Notes under the pieces: generated by a model
The model's database searches: none
Seen by the model: the letters and a program-made list of their open reading frames with translations, nothing else
What the model was told of the DNA's origin: nothing
Assembly: GCA_963733445.1 (NCBI GenBank)
Contig: CAVTDF010000003.1
Location: 470,592-534,591, forward strand
Length of the DNA: 64,000 bases
Source of the DNA: an uncultured Methanobacteriaceae archaeon
GTDB taxonomy: Archaea; Methanobacteriota; Methanobacteria; Methanobacteriales; Methanobacteriaceae
Reading direction: 5' to 3'
Program-made: the position numbers and the translations under genes
Shown: one piece after another, positions 35,986 to 47,488 of the stretch
Numbering within the stretch: position 1 is the first letter of the stretch
Layout of the letters: the number at the start of each line of letters is the position of its first letter

Positions 35986-36755
35986 TTATCTCCTATATTC
36001 TCTCTTTTTTGATTCAGTTGCTCCCTGGCTTTAGCAATTGCAATTAGGGGAGGAACACCCTTCGGACACACACGTCGACAATTCCCATGAAATTCACAAT
36101 CCCACCATCCACGAGGAATATCAGCAATTTTAAGGCGCTCTATTCCATTTGCCTCTCTTGGATCGATGTAGAATCTGTATAGTTTGGCAAGAGCTGCAGG
36201 ACCAAGATATTCTGGATCGCTACCATCAACTGGACAAGACCCAAAGCATGCTCCACAGAGGATACAGTTAGTATAGAGTTCTAATTCAGGTATTTTCGCA
36301 GGATCCATATGCCTCTCCTTTTCAGGAGTAGGATCTCCTGGTTTAAATACAGGTTCTACATATTTGTAAAAATCGAAAAATTTGCTCATATCTACTATGA
36401 GATCTCTAATTACTGGAAGGTGTGGTAAAGGCTCAACCAAAATCTCCTCTTCAGGATTCCATTCTACAGTCTCTTCAAGAGCAGGATATGGTGATAGGGG
36501 AATTTTAAGTTCTCCTTTTAAAAGAGATTTTATCTGTGTTCTGCAGGCTAGTCTTGGGACTTTGTTAATCAGCATTGCACATGTACCACACACAGCACCC
36601 CTGCATGAGTAGTGAAATGCAATAGAATCATCAAATTTTTGTTGAAACTGGAATAAAGCACCCAGTACTGTCATGCCCTGAGTCGGCTCCAGTTTAAATG
36701 TATCATAACGAGGTTTCTCTATTCCATCATAATATCGGTACACCTTCAATTTCAT
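35982..36755 (-). CDS. sdhB: Succinate dehydrogenase/fumarate reductase Fe-S subunit
   Basis: CRGAVCGTC..C (2Fe-2S), CILCGACFGSCP, CEFHGNCRRVCP; 257 aa, no CCG domain. Confidence 0.9.
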   Translation of the reverse strand: MKLKVYRYYDGIEKPRYDTFKLEPTQGMTVLGALFQFQQKFDDSIAFHYSCRGAVCGTCAMLINKVPRLACRTQIKSLLKGELKIPLSPYPALEETVEWNPEEEILVEPLPHLPVIRDLIVDMSKFFDFYKYVEPVFKPGDPTPEKERHMDPAKIPELELYTNCILCGACFGSCPVDGSDPEYLGPAALAKLYRFYIDPREANGIERLKIADIPRGWWDCEFHGNCRRVCPKGVPPLIAIAKAREQLNQKRENIGDK

Positions 36756-38509
36756 TAGTATACACGCTCCTTTGGTTGAAACATTCCCAAAGTAACAGAT
36801 TTATAACTTAATTCAATGCTTCCATCCTTTAAAATTGCTAATGTATGTTTAAGATAGTTATCATCATCACGGTCCGGATAATCTATCCTTGTATGCGAAC
36901 CTCGGCTCTCTTCTCTTTTAATAGCCCCGTATGCTACCACTTCAGCAATTTTAAGCATTCCTTCCAACTCTAAAAGCTGTATAAGTGTTTGATTTAGTGT
37001 TAAATCCTTATTATTGGGAGTGAGGTGAGATAACTTTCCTTGCATATTTTTAATTTCCTTTAGTCCTTCTTCCATTATTTGACCATCACGAAATATTCCG
37101 AATTTATGGAACATAGTTTTTGCCATATTTTCTTTAACCTTAAAAATGCTTGCGCCCTCCCTTCGTCCCATTATTTCTTCAATTTTAGATTCAACTGCCT
37201 TTACTGCAGATTTCATGTGTAGTGAATCAGGTTCGGATAGTTCTTTTATATCTTTAATAATTCTATCAGCCACCAATCGACCGTATACTACTGTTTCAAG
37301 GAGAGAATTTCCACCTAATCTATTCGCACCATGTACACTAATACATGCACATTCTCCAGCAGCATACAATCCTGGAAGTATTGTAACCCCGTTGGTATCC
37401 ACGTCGATTCCGCCCATGGAGTAGTGCTGGCCCGGTTGAACTGGAACCTGATCGTTAATAGGATCAACATCAGCAAAATCCATTGCTATCTGTCTTATTC
37501 CGGGTAATCGTTCTTTGATACGATCAGCACCCAGATGGGTTAGATCGAGATGTACATAACCACCTTCGTAACCTCTTCCTTCTCTGATTTCCTGTTCAAT
37601 TGATCTAGCAACAACATCGCGAGGAGCTAGATCCATAGAGTTGGGAGCATAACTTTTCATGAAACGTTCCCCACGACTATTAATCAGAATACCTCCTTCA
37701 CCCCTGGCTCCTTCGCTCATCAAAATATTTGTACCGTATAAAGTGGTAGGATGAAACTGTACAAACTCCATATCCTTCAATGGCACACCTACATCGAGTG
37801 CAAGTGCCTGACCATCACCTGTGTTGATGAGAGCATTTGTTGATCTGTTGAATATCCTACCAAATCCACCAGTAGCCATTAAAACAACTTTTGAAATAAA
37901 GCCATGAATTTTACCAGTCATGATCTCAATGGCTGTACATCCAATGCATCTTCCACTGTCCTTTACAAGTGATGTTACAAAAAATTCCTCATAAACAGGA
38001 ATATTTTTATTTAATACTTGTTCATAGAGGGTATGGAGCGCATTGTGCCCGGTTCGATCTGCAGCATAACATGTTCTCGGAAATCCTGCACCTCCAAAGG
38101 GGCGCTGGGCAATCTTACCATTTTCCAGCCTAGACCAGACAGTTCCCATATGTTCCAGTTCGTAAACAGTTGCTGTTGCCTCACGACACATACGCTCTAC
38201 AGCATCTTGATCAGCAAGGTAATCAGATCCTTTAACAGTATCATAGGCATGCATTTCCCAGCTATCAGAAGTATCATCGTCACCTGGAACGTTGCCTAAT
38301 GATGCATTCATTCCTCCCTGAGCTGCAACCGAATGAGATCTAAGTGGATGAACCTTTGAAACTACAGCACCATTGATGCCAGAATCTGAGACCTGGAGAG
38401 CTGCCCGGAGTCCTGTAAGCCCACCTCCAATAATGATCACATCATGGTAATGAATCGATGTACTTGCAACACCATCTTCTTCCTCAGCTTTAAAATATTT
38501 AAGTACAAT
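36755..38509 (-). CDS. sdhA: Succinate dehydrogenase/fumarate reductase flavoprotein; 5' end uncertain (GTG 38440 or non-canonical ATT 38509)
   Basis: [52 protein letters not shown]. Confidence 0.9.
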   Translation of the reverse strand: MVLKYFKAEEEDGVASTSIHYHDVIIIGGGLTGLRAALQVSDSGINGAVVSKVHPLRSHSVAAQGGMNASLGNVPGDDDTSDSWEMHAYDTVKGSDYLADQDAVERMCREATATVYELEHMGTVWSRLENGKIAQRPFGGAGFPRTCYAADRTGHNALHTLYEQVLNKNIPVYEEFFVTSLVKDSGRCIGCTAIEIMTGKIHGFISKVVLMATGGFGRIFNRSTNALINTGDGQALALDVGVPLKDMEFVQFHPTTLYGTNILMSEGARGEGGILINSRGERFMKSYAPNSMDLAPRDVVARSIEQEIREGRGYEGGYVHLDLTHLGADRIKERLPGIRQIAMDFADVDPINDQVPVQPGQHYSMGGIDVDTNGVTILPGLYAAGECACISVHGANRLGGNSLLETVVYGRLVADRIIKDIKELSEPDSLHMKSAVKAVESKIEEIMGRREGASIFKVKENMAKTMFHKFGIFRDGQIMEEGLKEIKNMQGKLSHLTPNNKDLTLNQTLIQLLELEGMLKIAEVVAYGAIKREESRGSHTRIDYPDRDDDNYLKHTLAILKDGSIELSYKSVTLGMFQPKERVY

Positions 38510-38942
38510 AACTTATCCCTCCTATTACTATCAGTTATCTGGAAAAAAATCCCAGAAATAGGTGAATTAAGTGTTTAGTCTGATTTTCTTAATTTATTTA
38601 GGTAAATCTAGACATCCAAAGGTATTTATATCTAATCTAATTTTAAATAGATTTTTCACAAATAATGTACTAATTCACTCGATGTTTCAGTGTTTAATTT
38701 ATAATTTAAAGAATTAATATTTTTTGAATTTAGGTAAAACCTCTAATAACTAATGAATGCAAATGTACTACTAGATACTAATCATTAAATAAATAAAATC
38801 AACTATTACAACTTGGTAATATTTAATAAAAGCAGCAAGCCCAAAAATATATTTAAAATGTAAACAATTTTTCATTAACTGTTTAAAGAAATTTTATATA
38901 TATAATTTATAAAAATTTCATAGAATTAAGTTAATAAATTCA

Positions 38943-39704
38943 ATGGTGAAGTTTAAAATGAATCCAAAAATTGGAAATCTCCTATATGCAGGAAAAGCAA
39001 AGGATGTATATGAAACAGACGACCCTGAAAGAGTTATTGTTAAATTCAGAGACGATATAACGGCTGGCGATGGGGTTAAATCTGAAAAACTGGTTAAAAA
39101 AGGTTTTTTCAATTCTGTGATTTCTTCAAAGTTCTTTGAAGTTCTTGAAAATGCCGGAATTAAAACTCAGTATATTGGATTAATTGAACCGGGTTACATG
39201 CTTTGTAAGAAGTTAGATATGTTACCATTGGAAGTTATAACCAGGAATATAGCAGCAGGAAGTCTTTTAAAAAAATTTCCTTTCAAAACTAGACAGGAAT
39301 TAAATCCACCTGTAATTCAGATGGATTATAAAAATGATGAATATCATGACCCAATGTTGAACGATTCCATTACCATTGCCCTGGGTCTTGCTAATCAAGA
39401 ACAACTCGATATGATAAGGGATATTACCCTCAACATCAATAGTATATTAAAGGATTTCCTTTTGAGTAAAGATATTCTATTTCCTGATTTTAAGATAGAA
39501 TACGGATTTGATTCCTCTGGTAATATTGTACTTGGTGATGAGATAAGCCCTGACACATGCAGATTTTGGGACTCAAAAACTTGTGAAGTTTTAGATAAGG
39601 ATCTGTTCAGAAAAGGGGATTCCGGTGTTATGGATGCCTATGTGAAGGTTGCATCCCTTATACTATCAGAAAAAGATATTAAAAAATGGAAAATTGAACT
39701 TTAA
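38943..39704 (+). CDS. purC: SAICAR synthase
   Basis: [38 protein letters not shown]. Confidence 0.96.
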   Translation: MVKFKMNPKIGNLLYAGKAKDVYETDDPERVIVKFRDDITAGDGVKSEKLVKKGFFNSVISSKFFEVLENAGIKTQYIGLIEPGYMLCKKLDMLPLEVITRNIAAGSLLKKFPFKTRQELNPPVIQMDYKNDEYHDPMLNDSITIALGLANQEQLDMIRDITLNINSILKDFLLSKDILFPDFKIEYGFDSSGNIVLGDEISPDTCRFWDSKTCEVLDKDLFRKGDSGVMDAYVKVASLILSEKDIKKWKIEL

Positions 39705-39810
39705 CTCAGATTATAAAAAATTGGTAAAAAAAAATTAACCAACAAAGATCATATTAAAAAATAAATGGAATATAAACTTAATATCCAAAAAAGAGGATTG
39801 GTGAATTACA

Positions 39811-40065
39811 ATGAAGTATGACGCAGAGGTTAAAATAAGTCTGAAAAAAGGTATGTTAAATCCTGAAGCTGCAACAATACAGAGGGCTTTAGCTTTACTT
39901 GACTACCAAGTTGAAAATACATCGACAGTTGATGTGATCAAGTTCTCAATTGAAGGGCAAAACACAGGACTTGTAAAGAAGGAAGTGGATGAAATGTGCC
40001 AGAGACTACTTTGCAACCCAGTGATTCACGATTACCAAATAAAAATATCTCCAAAAGAGGAATAA
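39811..40065 (+). CDS. purS: FGAM synthase subunit PurS
   Basis: [20 protein letters not shown]. Confidence 0.95.
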   Translation: MKYDAEVKISLKKGMLNPEAATIQRALALLDYQVENTSTVDVIKFSIEGQNTGLVKKEVDEMCQRLLCNPVIHDYQIKISPKEE

Positions 40066-40068
40066 AAT

Positions 40069-40722
40069 ATGAAAGTTGGGATAATACGATTCCCTGGATC
40101 CAATTGCGACAGGGATGTTTTCCATGCGCTCGAACTGGCTGGGGCTGACCCAGATTACGTTTGGTGGAGTAGAAGGGATCTCTCCGATTTTGAAGCAATA
40201 GTAATTCCTGGAGGTTTCTCCTATGGAGATTATTTAAGAGCAGGAGCTATAGCAGCAATCACACCTGTTATAAATGGAATTAAAGACTGTGTAAAGGAAG
40301 GTAAACCTGTTCTTGGAATATGTAACGGGGCACAAATACTTGCCGAGGTCGGACTGGTACCAGGCGTATTCACAGAAAATCAAAACGCTAAATTCATATG
40401 CAAATGGACAGAACTGAAGGTTAATAGTAGTAGAACACCATTCACAAGCATGTATGAAAAAAATGAAATAATTAGAATGCCAATAGCCCATGCAGAAGGC
40501 CGTTACTATACAGAAGACCTTAACCGACTGCGTGAAAATGATCAGATTGTACTATCATTTGAATCAGAGAATCCAAACGGATCAATGGAAGCCATAACCG
40601 GTGTATGCGACGAAGAAGGATTGGTATGTGCAGTTATGCCCCATCCTGAAAGGGCTTCAGAAACTATTTTAGGATCTAATGATGGTTTGAAATTTTTTAA
40701 AGGAATGGTTAATAAGATTTAA
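40069..40722 (+). CDS. purQ: FGAM synthase glutaminase subunit
   Basis: [30 protein letters not shown]. Confidence 0.97.
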   Translation: MKVGIIRFPGSNCDRDVFHALELAGADPDYVWWSRRDLSDFEAIVIPGGFSYGDYLRAGAIAAITPVINGIKDCVKEGKPVLGICNGAQILAEVGLVPGVFTENQNAKFICKWTELKVNSSRTPFTSMYEKNEIIRMPIAHAEGRYYTEDLNRLRENDQIVLSFESENPNGSMEAITGVCDEEGLVCAVMPHPERASETILGSNDGLKFFKGMVNKI

Positions 40723-40877
40723 CCTGAACTCCAATGAGAAGAAAAAAAAATCTCAAATCGATTTCTAAGAATTATGATAGGGATTAAAACCTTAATAAAT
40801 ACTTTTGTCGTTCTAATTGGATTTGGATTTATTTATATTTAATATTACGAAGATTAAAAAGAAGTCAAGGTGAAACA

Positions 40878-41603
40878 ATGGTAGTATATTTAGTAGGTGC
40901 GGGACCCGGAGATCCTGATCTCATTACAGTTAAAGCTATTAAAGCCCTGAAAAAAGCCGATGTAGTTATATACGACAGACTCGCAAATGATGAAATACTG
41001 GACTATACAAAGAATGCAGAGCTTATTTACGTTGGAAAAAAAGCAGGAGAACATTACAAAAAACAGGATGAAATAAATCAGATCCTTGTTGATCAAGCGA
41101 AAACTCACGATGTTGTTGTAAGATTAAAGGGAGGAGACCCATTTGTATTCGGTCGAGGTGGAGAAGAAATGCTTACCCTTTTAGAAAATGGTATAGATGT
41201 AGAATTTATACCAGGAGTAACATCTGCCATCGGGGTTCCGACATCAGCGGGACTCCCTGTAACACATAGAGGAGTTGCAACTTCATTAACAGTAGTCACA
41301 GGACATGAAGATCCCACTAAACCAGATAAACAAGTTAAATGGAATTTTAATTCAGATACCATTGTGATTCTCATGGGTGTTGGTTTATTAAAAGAAAATA
41401 TCGAGGAGATAATGAAACACAAAGATCCCCAAACCCCTGTTTGTGTTATTGAAAATGGAACATTGCCTAATCAAAAGATAATAACTGGAACACTCGAAGA
41501 CATAACAAACAATGATATAAACACCCCAGCCATTGTAATTGTGGGACAAGTAGTGGATGTTTTAAAGGAAGCTTTGCTTAAGAAGGCTAAAATCAATGGA
41601 TGA
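40878..41603 (+). CDS. cobA: Uroporphyrinogen-III C-methyltransferase
   Basis: [32 protein letters not shown]. Confidence 0.95.
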   Translation: MVVYLVGAGPGDPDLITVKAIKALKKADVVIYDRLANDEILDYTKNAELIYVGKKAGEHYKKQDEINQILVDQAKTHDVVVRLKGGDPFVFGRGGEEMLTLLENGIDVEFIPGVTSAIGVPTSAGLPVTHRGVATSLTVVTGHEDPTKPDKQVKWNFNSDTIVILMGVGLLKENIEEIMKHKDPQTPVCVIENGTLPNQKIITGTLEDITNNDINTPAIVIVGQVVDVLKEALLKKAKING

Positions 41604-42418
41604 AAAAAATGAAGGGTAATGAATTTGATGGAAAAATAATTGGCATAACACGACCAGCTGAACGAGTTGATGAAGCAGTTAAAATTGTTAAACAACACGG
41701 TGGAATTGCACTGGTAGCACCAACACTGGAACTTCAAGTTTCCAATACTCAATCACTTCTAGACTTATGTGAAATGGCAGGAGAACTTGATTGGTTAATA
41801 TTAACATCACCTACAGGAATAATATCAATATTCAAACATTGCCAAGATCTTAAGGACAGGTTAAATCCAAATTGTCAAATAGCTGTAATAGGACCCCGAA
41901 CTGAAAAGTTCCTAGAAGAATATGGAATCAAAGCAGATATTGTTGCGAAAGATTACACAGCAGAAGGGCTTCTTGAAATTTTTAAAGGATTAAAACTTAA
42001 TAATAAAAAAATCGGACTTCCCAGAACTATAGCCGCCAGAGATGTGCTTCCAGATGGTCTGAAAAAAATGGGCGCAAATGTAATTGTTGCCGAGGCATAC
42101 AGATCCGGACTTCCTGAAAATAAAGATAAAGTCCAAACACTGATAACTAGTATAATCAAAAAAAAAGTAGATGCTGTTACATTTACAAGCACATTAACAG
42201 TTCAAAACCTGTTTAAAATGGTTAAACATGATAAAAAAGAAGAATTATTCAAAGTTCTCAGAAATGGAGATGTTATTGTGGCTGCAATTGGTCCTGTAAC
42301 TGCTAAACCCCTTAAAGAACATTGTATCCCCGTTTTAATACCTGAACAATATACTGTTAAAGCTATGCTAGAAATTTTAATGATAAAATTTAAAGAATTG
42401 AAAATTAATAGTAGATAA
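41600..42418 (+). CDS. hemD: Uroporphyrinogen-III synthase
   Basis: ITRP, LTSPTG, VIGPRT, FTS, AIGPVTA; ATGA overlap with cobA. Confidence 0.92.
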   Translation: MKKMKGNEFDGKIIGITRPAERVDEAVKIVKQHGGIALVAPTLELQVSNTQSLLDLCEMAGELDWLILTSPTGIISIFKHCQDLKDRLNPNCQIAVIGPRTEKFLEEYGIKADIVAKDYTAEGLLEIFKGLKLNNKKIGLPRTIAARDVLPDGLKKMGANVIVAEAYRSGLPENKDKVQTLITSIIKKKVDAVTFTSTLTVQNLFKMVKHDKKEELFKVLRNGDVIVAAIGPVTAKPLKEHCIPVLIPEQYTVKAMLEILMIKFKELKINSR

Positions 42419-42452
42419 ACCAAATAAATTAGTATTTCAGGGTGAGAGGAAT

Positions 42453-42728
42453 ATGAAAGCAATAATATGGCCGGTTTATATAGATTCAAAAAAAAGCAAA
42501 CATGAAGGAAGAAAAATTCCCATGGATGATGCTGTGGATTCACCGAAACTGAGGGAAATTTCCAAAGCAGCAAATAAACTCGGTTTAAATCCGGAAGTAG
42601 AAAAAAATAAATCATATTCCAGATCCTGGTGGGAAATTTCTGGCAGGGTAAGCATTGATAAAACCATGCCCAAGAGGGAGATATTGATTAAAATAAGCAA
42701 GCTGATCAATGGTGCCAGAAACAAATAG
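42453..42728 (+). CDS. srp19: Signal recognition particle protein SRP19
   Basis: [15 protein letters not shown]...AV..P, GRV. Confidence 0.93.
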   Translation: MKAIIWPVYIDSKKSKHEGRKIPMDDAVDSPKLREISKAANKLGLNPEVEKNKSYSRSWWEISGRVSIDKTMPKREILIKISKLINGARNK

Positions 42729-42767
42729 ATTATATTAATATTTTTTTATATATTCAAAGGAGTTAAA

Positions 42768-44168
42768 ATGCTTAGATCTCATAATTCAATGAACTTGTCA
42801 TTTAAAAAGGCACAAGAACTGGTTAATCAGTCTGAAGACATTAAAATTTATACCCATATAGATTGTGATGGAGTAACAGCCGGTGCTATTCTTTCTTCAA
42901 TGCTCGACAGGCTTGAAAAGGATCACGAAATAGAATTTATAAGTCTAGATAAAATAGAAGACCTAGAATCTGAAAATGAACTAACCATATTCTCTGATCT
43001 TGGCTCAGGACAGGATATGAATAAATTCTGTACATCAACTTCAAAGACCCTGATATTAGATCATCATCCACCAGTTAGGAAAATAGGACAATCGGTTAAC
43101 GGAAAACTTGTTGAGTTAAACCCTCATTTCCATAATATAGATGGTTCATACGAAATTTCAGGGGGGGGAATGACATACCTCCTGGCAAGAACATTCGAAT
43201 ATCATGACCTAAGCTGGATGGGAGTTTTGAGTGCTGTTGGAGATATGCAGAACAGTTTTTCAGGGAAGATGGTGGGTTTGAACAATGGAATCCTGAGCGA
43301 AAGCATTCAGAACAAATTGGTTGAATCTAAATACGACCTAGCAATCTATGGTAGACAGACACGACCAATTTTTGTTGCATTATCATATTTTGGAGATGTA
43401 AATCTTCCAATAACAAATAACAAAACCGAATGCCTTTTACTTTTAAACAAACTTGATATTCCCTCTAAAAATGGGAAGAAACATAGATCACTATGTGATT
43501 TGAGTATAGAAGAGAAAAGTAGATTATTTTCTGAACTGGTTAGAATGTTGAGCCGTGAAGTTCCATCCCGATACGTTAAATATGTACCAAAACTTATTTC
43601 AGGGGATTCTTACGAGTTTTTAATGGAAGAAAAGTACTCACCACTCAGGGACGCAAGCGAATTCTCAACAGCTGTAAATGCCTGTGGCAGACACAACCAC
43701 CATAAAGTTGCCTTAAATGTATTGAAAGGAGATAGGGGGGCCGGACTTGATGCAATGGAACATTTAGCACTTGAACATCGACGTTACCTTGCTAAGAAAA
43801 TGGAATGGATTAGAGGAGACGACAGGATCATTCCGCTTAACAACTTACAATACTTTGAAGGTTCTGAAATAAAGAGTGAAGTAATAGGAACCATTGCTGG
43901 GATGATATTGAGTTATGGAGATTGGAAAAAACCAATAATAGGTTTTACACCAATAGGAGATAACAAAGAAGGAATAAAGGTATCATTACGATGTTCACGG
44001 CTACTTGCCTACGATGGTATTCACTTCGGAAATTTAATCAGAAAGGTAGCTGAGAAAGTTGGTGGAAGTGGAGGAGGACATTCTGTTGCTTGCGGAGCAT
44101 ACATCCCGGAAGGCAGTACTAGTAAATTCTTAACCCTATTTGATGAAAGTTTAAAGGGGTTAATTTGA
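42768..44168 (+). CDS. RecJ-like DHH phosphoesterase (GAN/Cdc45-like)
   Basis: HIDCDG, SDLGS, LDHH, GGGH..A.GA. Confidence 0.9.
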   Translation: MLRSHNSMNLSFKKAQELVNQSEDIKIYTHIDCDGVTAGAILSSMLDRLEKDHEIEFISLDKIEDLESENELTIFSDLGSGQDMNKFCTSTSKTLILDHHPPVRKIGQSVNGKLVELNPHFHNIDGSYEISGGGMTYLLARTFEYHDLSWMGVLSAVGDMQNSFSGKMVGLNNGILSESIQNKLVESKYDLAIYGRQTRPIFVALSYFGDVNLPITNNKTECLLLLNKLDIPSKNGKKHRSLCDLSIEEKSRLFSELVRMLSREVPSRYVKYVPKLISGDSYEFLMEEKYSPLRDASEFSTAVNACGRHNHHKVALNVLKGDRGAGLDAMEHLALEHRRYLAKKMEWIRGDDRIIPLNNLQYFEGSEIKSEVIGTIAGMILSYGDWKKPIIGFTPIGDNKEGIKVSLRCSRLLAYDGIHFGNLIRKVAEKVGGSGGGHSVACGAYIPEGSTSKFLTLFDESLKGLI

Positions 44169-44193
44169 TTAAAATTATTAACGGGGACTGCTT

Positions 44194-44988
44194 ATGAAGG
44201 TTTTCAAGAAAAAAGGTGAACTCACAAGATTTCAGATTCTTGCAGAGATAGCAAAGGAACAACCCCATCTCAGACAGAAGGATATTGCTAAAAAACTAGA
44301 TATAACTGTTCAGGCTGTTTCTGAGAATATAAAAAGTCTAGTTGATGACGGTTTTGTTGAAACTGGTATGGGTAATGCAAGATATAAAATTACCAAACGA
44401 GGCATTGAAAAGGTGAAGACTGAAGCCCTGAACCTCAGAAAATATGCCGACAATGTTCTTGATACCATGAACACCTACAAATCAGTTTGGCCTGCCATAG
44501 CCAGGGAGAATATAATATCTGGCGAAACTGTATGGCTTGAAATGGAAAACGGTACACTCTACGCAGGTAAAGAAGAAAAATCTGCCTATGCAAAGGTCTT
44601 AAAAACAGCCAATGCTGGAGAAGATGTGGCATTGGTAAAACTCGGGGGTACAATACAACTAAAACCAGGACACGTTGTTCTAATACAGGTTCCAACTATT
44701 AATGAGGGTGGATCAAAGGCTTGTGATACCCAAAGGATCATGGAAATATACAATAGAGGATTTGACAGAATAGGAATAATGGGCACTGTTTCAAGAGCAG
44801 TTACAACTAAATTGGGAATAAAAACAGATTTTGAATTCGCCACTCCAGATGCATGTGTAGCTGCTGCTAAAAGAGGTCTTAATGTACTTGTATTTGCTGT
44901 TGGGAAAATGACTAAGAGTCTAATAAGGAAACTGGATCATGACGGATTGAAATATACTGTAGAAGATGTTTCATTAGAGAAATACTAA
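44194..44988 (+). CDS. Winged-helix transcriptional regulator (conserved archaeal type)
   Basis: [24 protein letters not shown] followed by wing Y.ITKRG. Confidence 0.8.
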   Translation: MKVFKKKGELTRFQILAEIAKEQPHLRQKDIAKKLDITVQAVSENIKSLVDDGFVETGMGNARYKITKRGIEKVKTEALNLRKYADNVLDTMNTYKSVWPAIARENIISGETVWLEMENGTLYAGKEEKSAYAKVLKTANAGEDVALVKLGGTIQLKPGHVVLIQVPTINEGGSKACDTQRIMEIYNRGFDRIGIMGTVSRAVTTKLGIKTDFEFATPDACVAAAKRGLNVLVFAVGKMTKSLIRKLDHDGLKYTVEDVSLEKY

Positions 44989-45066
44989 TTATTTTTTTAA
45001 ATTTAATGTTAATTTAATACTCTCAGAAATTAGTTCGATCTAATATTAGCGATTATTTGGGTATTA

Positions 45067-45960
45067 TTATAGAAATCTGCAGCCAATAGAATCAATCCGA
45101 GAAATTATTACTTCTTCTATTGTAGTATCGGGAGTTTTAGACAATGCAAATGCAGTATTTCCAAGCATTGCCATTGATGCACCGATAGTTTCATCTTCTA
45201 GGATATTAATTATGTCTAGAACATCATTGCTCAAAAATCCTGTTTCCAATGAAAATCTTTTTGATAGTTTCATGAATGTTTCTGGATCAGGTTTCTTCAA
45301 AAGTTCATTTAACATGTTTTTTCCTGTACTGTTGATTCTTTTTTTATGGATAGGGTCTCCGATTATTTCTGATGTTTCGATTCCACCAAGACTTTTGGAA
45401 ATCACGAAAAGATCTTCGTCTAGGATTATTTTATCGGTAACAGCTATGCCGGGAGCCCCTTCCTTAAGTCTTAATGTTATACCACCATTAACCTCCGCAA
45501 TCACATCTCCAAGTCCACTTTTCATCTCAATCTCAGCAAGATGAGCCATGGCTGCAGCTGCATTAAAAGTTATATCTAATTCAAGGATCTTGGCGATTGC
45601 CAAGGCAGTTCCAAGAGCACAAGCTGCTGAAATACCATATCCTGCACCAATTGGCACTTCTACTTCATGATCAACTATTAGTGTCTTGTACTCCAGAAGT
45701 TTGCTGATTGCAAATTCCCTTTCCATCAACTCAAGGGTTTTAAATGTTATTGAAGAATTTTTTGCATCTTCATCACCATTAATTTTTACATCTATTAACG
45801 GATTAATATTAGAATCTTTATCAACAATCTGGAGGTGAGTGATTACTCCTTTATCCATTGCTACACCTGCACCACATGATCCTCTCCTTAAAGGTTCTTG
45901 ATGGTCGATAATTTCAAAAAATCCTGTAATATGTGATGGTGCGAAAACGGAACATTTCAT
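45067..45960 (-). CDS. pok: Pantoate kinase (GHMP family)
   Basis: FAPSHITGFF, PIGAGYGISAA, GLGDV, MLGNT; start likely ATG 45960. Confidence 0.88.
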   Translation of the reverse strand: MKCSVFAPSHITGFFEIIDHQEPLRRGSCGAGVAMDKGVITHLQIVDKDSNINPLIDVKINGDEDAKNSSITFKTLELMEREFAISKLLEYKTLIVDHEVEVPIGAGYGISAACALGTALAIAKILELDITFNAAAAMAHLAEIEMKSGLGDVIAEVNGGITLRLKEGAPGIAVTDKIILDEDLFVISKSLGGIETSEIIGDPIHKKRINSTGKNMLNELLKKPDPETFMKLSKRFSLETGFLSNDVLDIINILEDETIGASMAMLGNTAFALSKTPDTTIEEVIISRIDSIGCRFL

Positions 45961-46027
45961 TTTTATCACTATATTTAATATGAAGGGTTACCATAAATAA
46001 TCTACCAAAGGGAATGGGTGATTACAT

Positions 46028-46696
46028 ATTAAAAAAAGAATAGATCTCCATACACACACTATATTCAGTGATGGTGAACTTTTACCATCAGAAATAGCAA
46101 GACGTGCTCAGGTATTAAATCACAGTGCCGTTGCAATAACCGACCATGTAGATGCATCGAATATTGAATGTGTAGGTAAAGTAATAAATGCTGTTATAGA
46201 CATAAGAGACAATTGGGATATAGAAATTATCCCTGGGGCTGAAATAACTCACGCTCCTGCTGAAATAATCGATAAACTAGCCCATAAGGCCAGAAAATTC
46301 GGGGCAGAAATTGTTGTTGTTCATGGAGAAACAATAGTGGAACCAGTGATTGAAGGTACTAACTGGAGTGCTGTTAACTGTCCAGAAGTTGATATTTTAG
46401 CACATCCCGGACTTATTACGGTTGAAGAAGTTGAAGTAGCAAAGGAAAATGGTATAACCCTAGAGATAAGCTCTAGGAGAGGACATTGTCTTGGAAATGG
46501 ACACGTTGCTAAACTGGCAATTGAAATTGGAGCTGATTTGGTTGTTAACACAGATACACATATGCCGGGAGATCTAATATCTTATGAAATGGCTTATAAA
46601 GTGGCATTAGGAGCAGGATTAAAGGATAAGGAAATAAAAAAGGCTTTAACAGATACTCCTCAAAGGATACTTAGAAATAAAGGTTTGATGAAGTAA
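46028..46696 (+). CDS. PHP-domain (histidinol-phosphatase family) protein; inferred ATT start
   Basis: Open frame 46022-46696: [35 protein letters not shown]; ORF track shows only the C-terminal 119 aa. Confidence 0.88.
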   Translation: MKKRIDLHTHTIFSDGELLPSEIARRAQVLNHSAVAITDHVDASNIECVGKVINAVIDIRDNWDIEIIPGAEITHAPAEIIDKLAHKARKFGAEIVVVHGETIVEPVIEGTNWSAVNCPEVDILAHPGLITVEEVEVAKENGITLEISSRRGHCLGNGHVAKLAIEIGADLVVNTDTHMPGDLISYEMAYKVALGAGLKDKEIKKALTDTPQRILRNKGLMK

Positions 46697-46727
46697 AAAT
46701 TGTTAAATAATTAACGAGGTCAGTATT

Positions 46728-46883
46728 ATGAATAATACTATAGTTGGAATATGTTACATCATTGTTGCACTCTTAATAGTAGTAGTTAAATATGCAATAC
46801 CACAGTTTTTCGATATTTTAATCTGGTTGATTGCTATTGGCTTAGCAGCTACTGGTGTTTACTTTATAATGAAAAAACCGTGA
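46728..46883 (+). CDS. Small two-helix membrane protein (51 aa)
   Basis: GAGGT RBS; MNNTIVGICYIIVALLIVVVKYAIPQFFDILIWLIAIGLAATGVYFIMKKP*; below ORF-track cutoff. Confidence 0.65.
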   Translation: MNNTIVGICYIIVALLIVVVKYAIPQFFDILIWLIAIGLAATGVYFIMKKP

Positions 46884-47097
46884 AAAATTATTTACTTTGT
46901 ACATCTGATTTATAATTTCATTTATTTTTTTTTAATATTCTCAAATTGATCTTTAGATTGCGAATCATACTAAGAATATCATTTATATCTGTATTGAGAA
47001 ATTCTATTAAAAGGTTAAAATTAAAATATAACGGGTTTATTATTAAGTTCAATCAATGTTAACAATAGGATAAAATATTACAACAAAAGGTGATAAT

Positions 47098-47361
47098 ATG
47101 AGTATGAAGCTCTATAATTTTGTGGACATAGTAGCTGAAATAAAAAATCCCACTATTTATGTTGAAAATTACACGTGCGAACAAAATTCTGAAGATAATG
47201 AAATTCACAGTGTTGAAATAAATGTTGAAGATACAGACACTGAAAATATTGAGGCTACATATATAATTGAAGCAGAATCTAAAAAAGCTCTAGATCAACA
47301 AGTTAAATTCACAATTGGAGGATATTTCAATAAAATTGATATAGTAAATAAATTGTATTAA
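47098..47361 (+). CDS. Acidic hypothetical protein
   Basis: AGGTGA RBS before ATG; 87 aa, D/E rich. Confidence 0.55.
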   Translation: MSMKLYNFVDIVAEIKNPTIYVENYTCEQNSEDNEIHSVEINVEDTDTENIEATYIIEAESKKALDQQVKFTIGGYFNKIDIVNKLY

Positions 47362-47488
47362 ATAATTTTTTTTTATTGTTTTCATCAATTTTTAATCTTT
47401 TTAAATAATTTGATAAAATTTTACTTATAATTAGTCAAGAAATGGTATAAAATTAGAAAATCAATGATTTAATATTAAAAGCTTCGAA

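Noticed and set aside
35982-38440. Canonical thiol:fumarate reductase TfrAB
   Set aside because: B subunit is 257 aa and lacks the CCG/HdrD-like domain
42202-42615. 137-aa antisense ORF and many other opposite-strand ORFs in the track (e.g. 4942-5418, 18669-19229, 59702-60109, 59750-60259)
   Set aside because: They overlap well-supported genes, have no motifs or RBS, and are typical shadow ORFs
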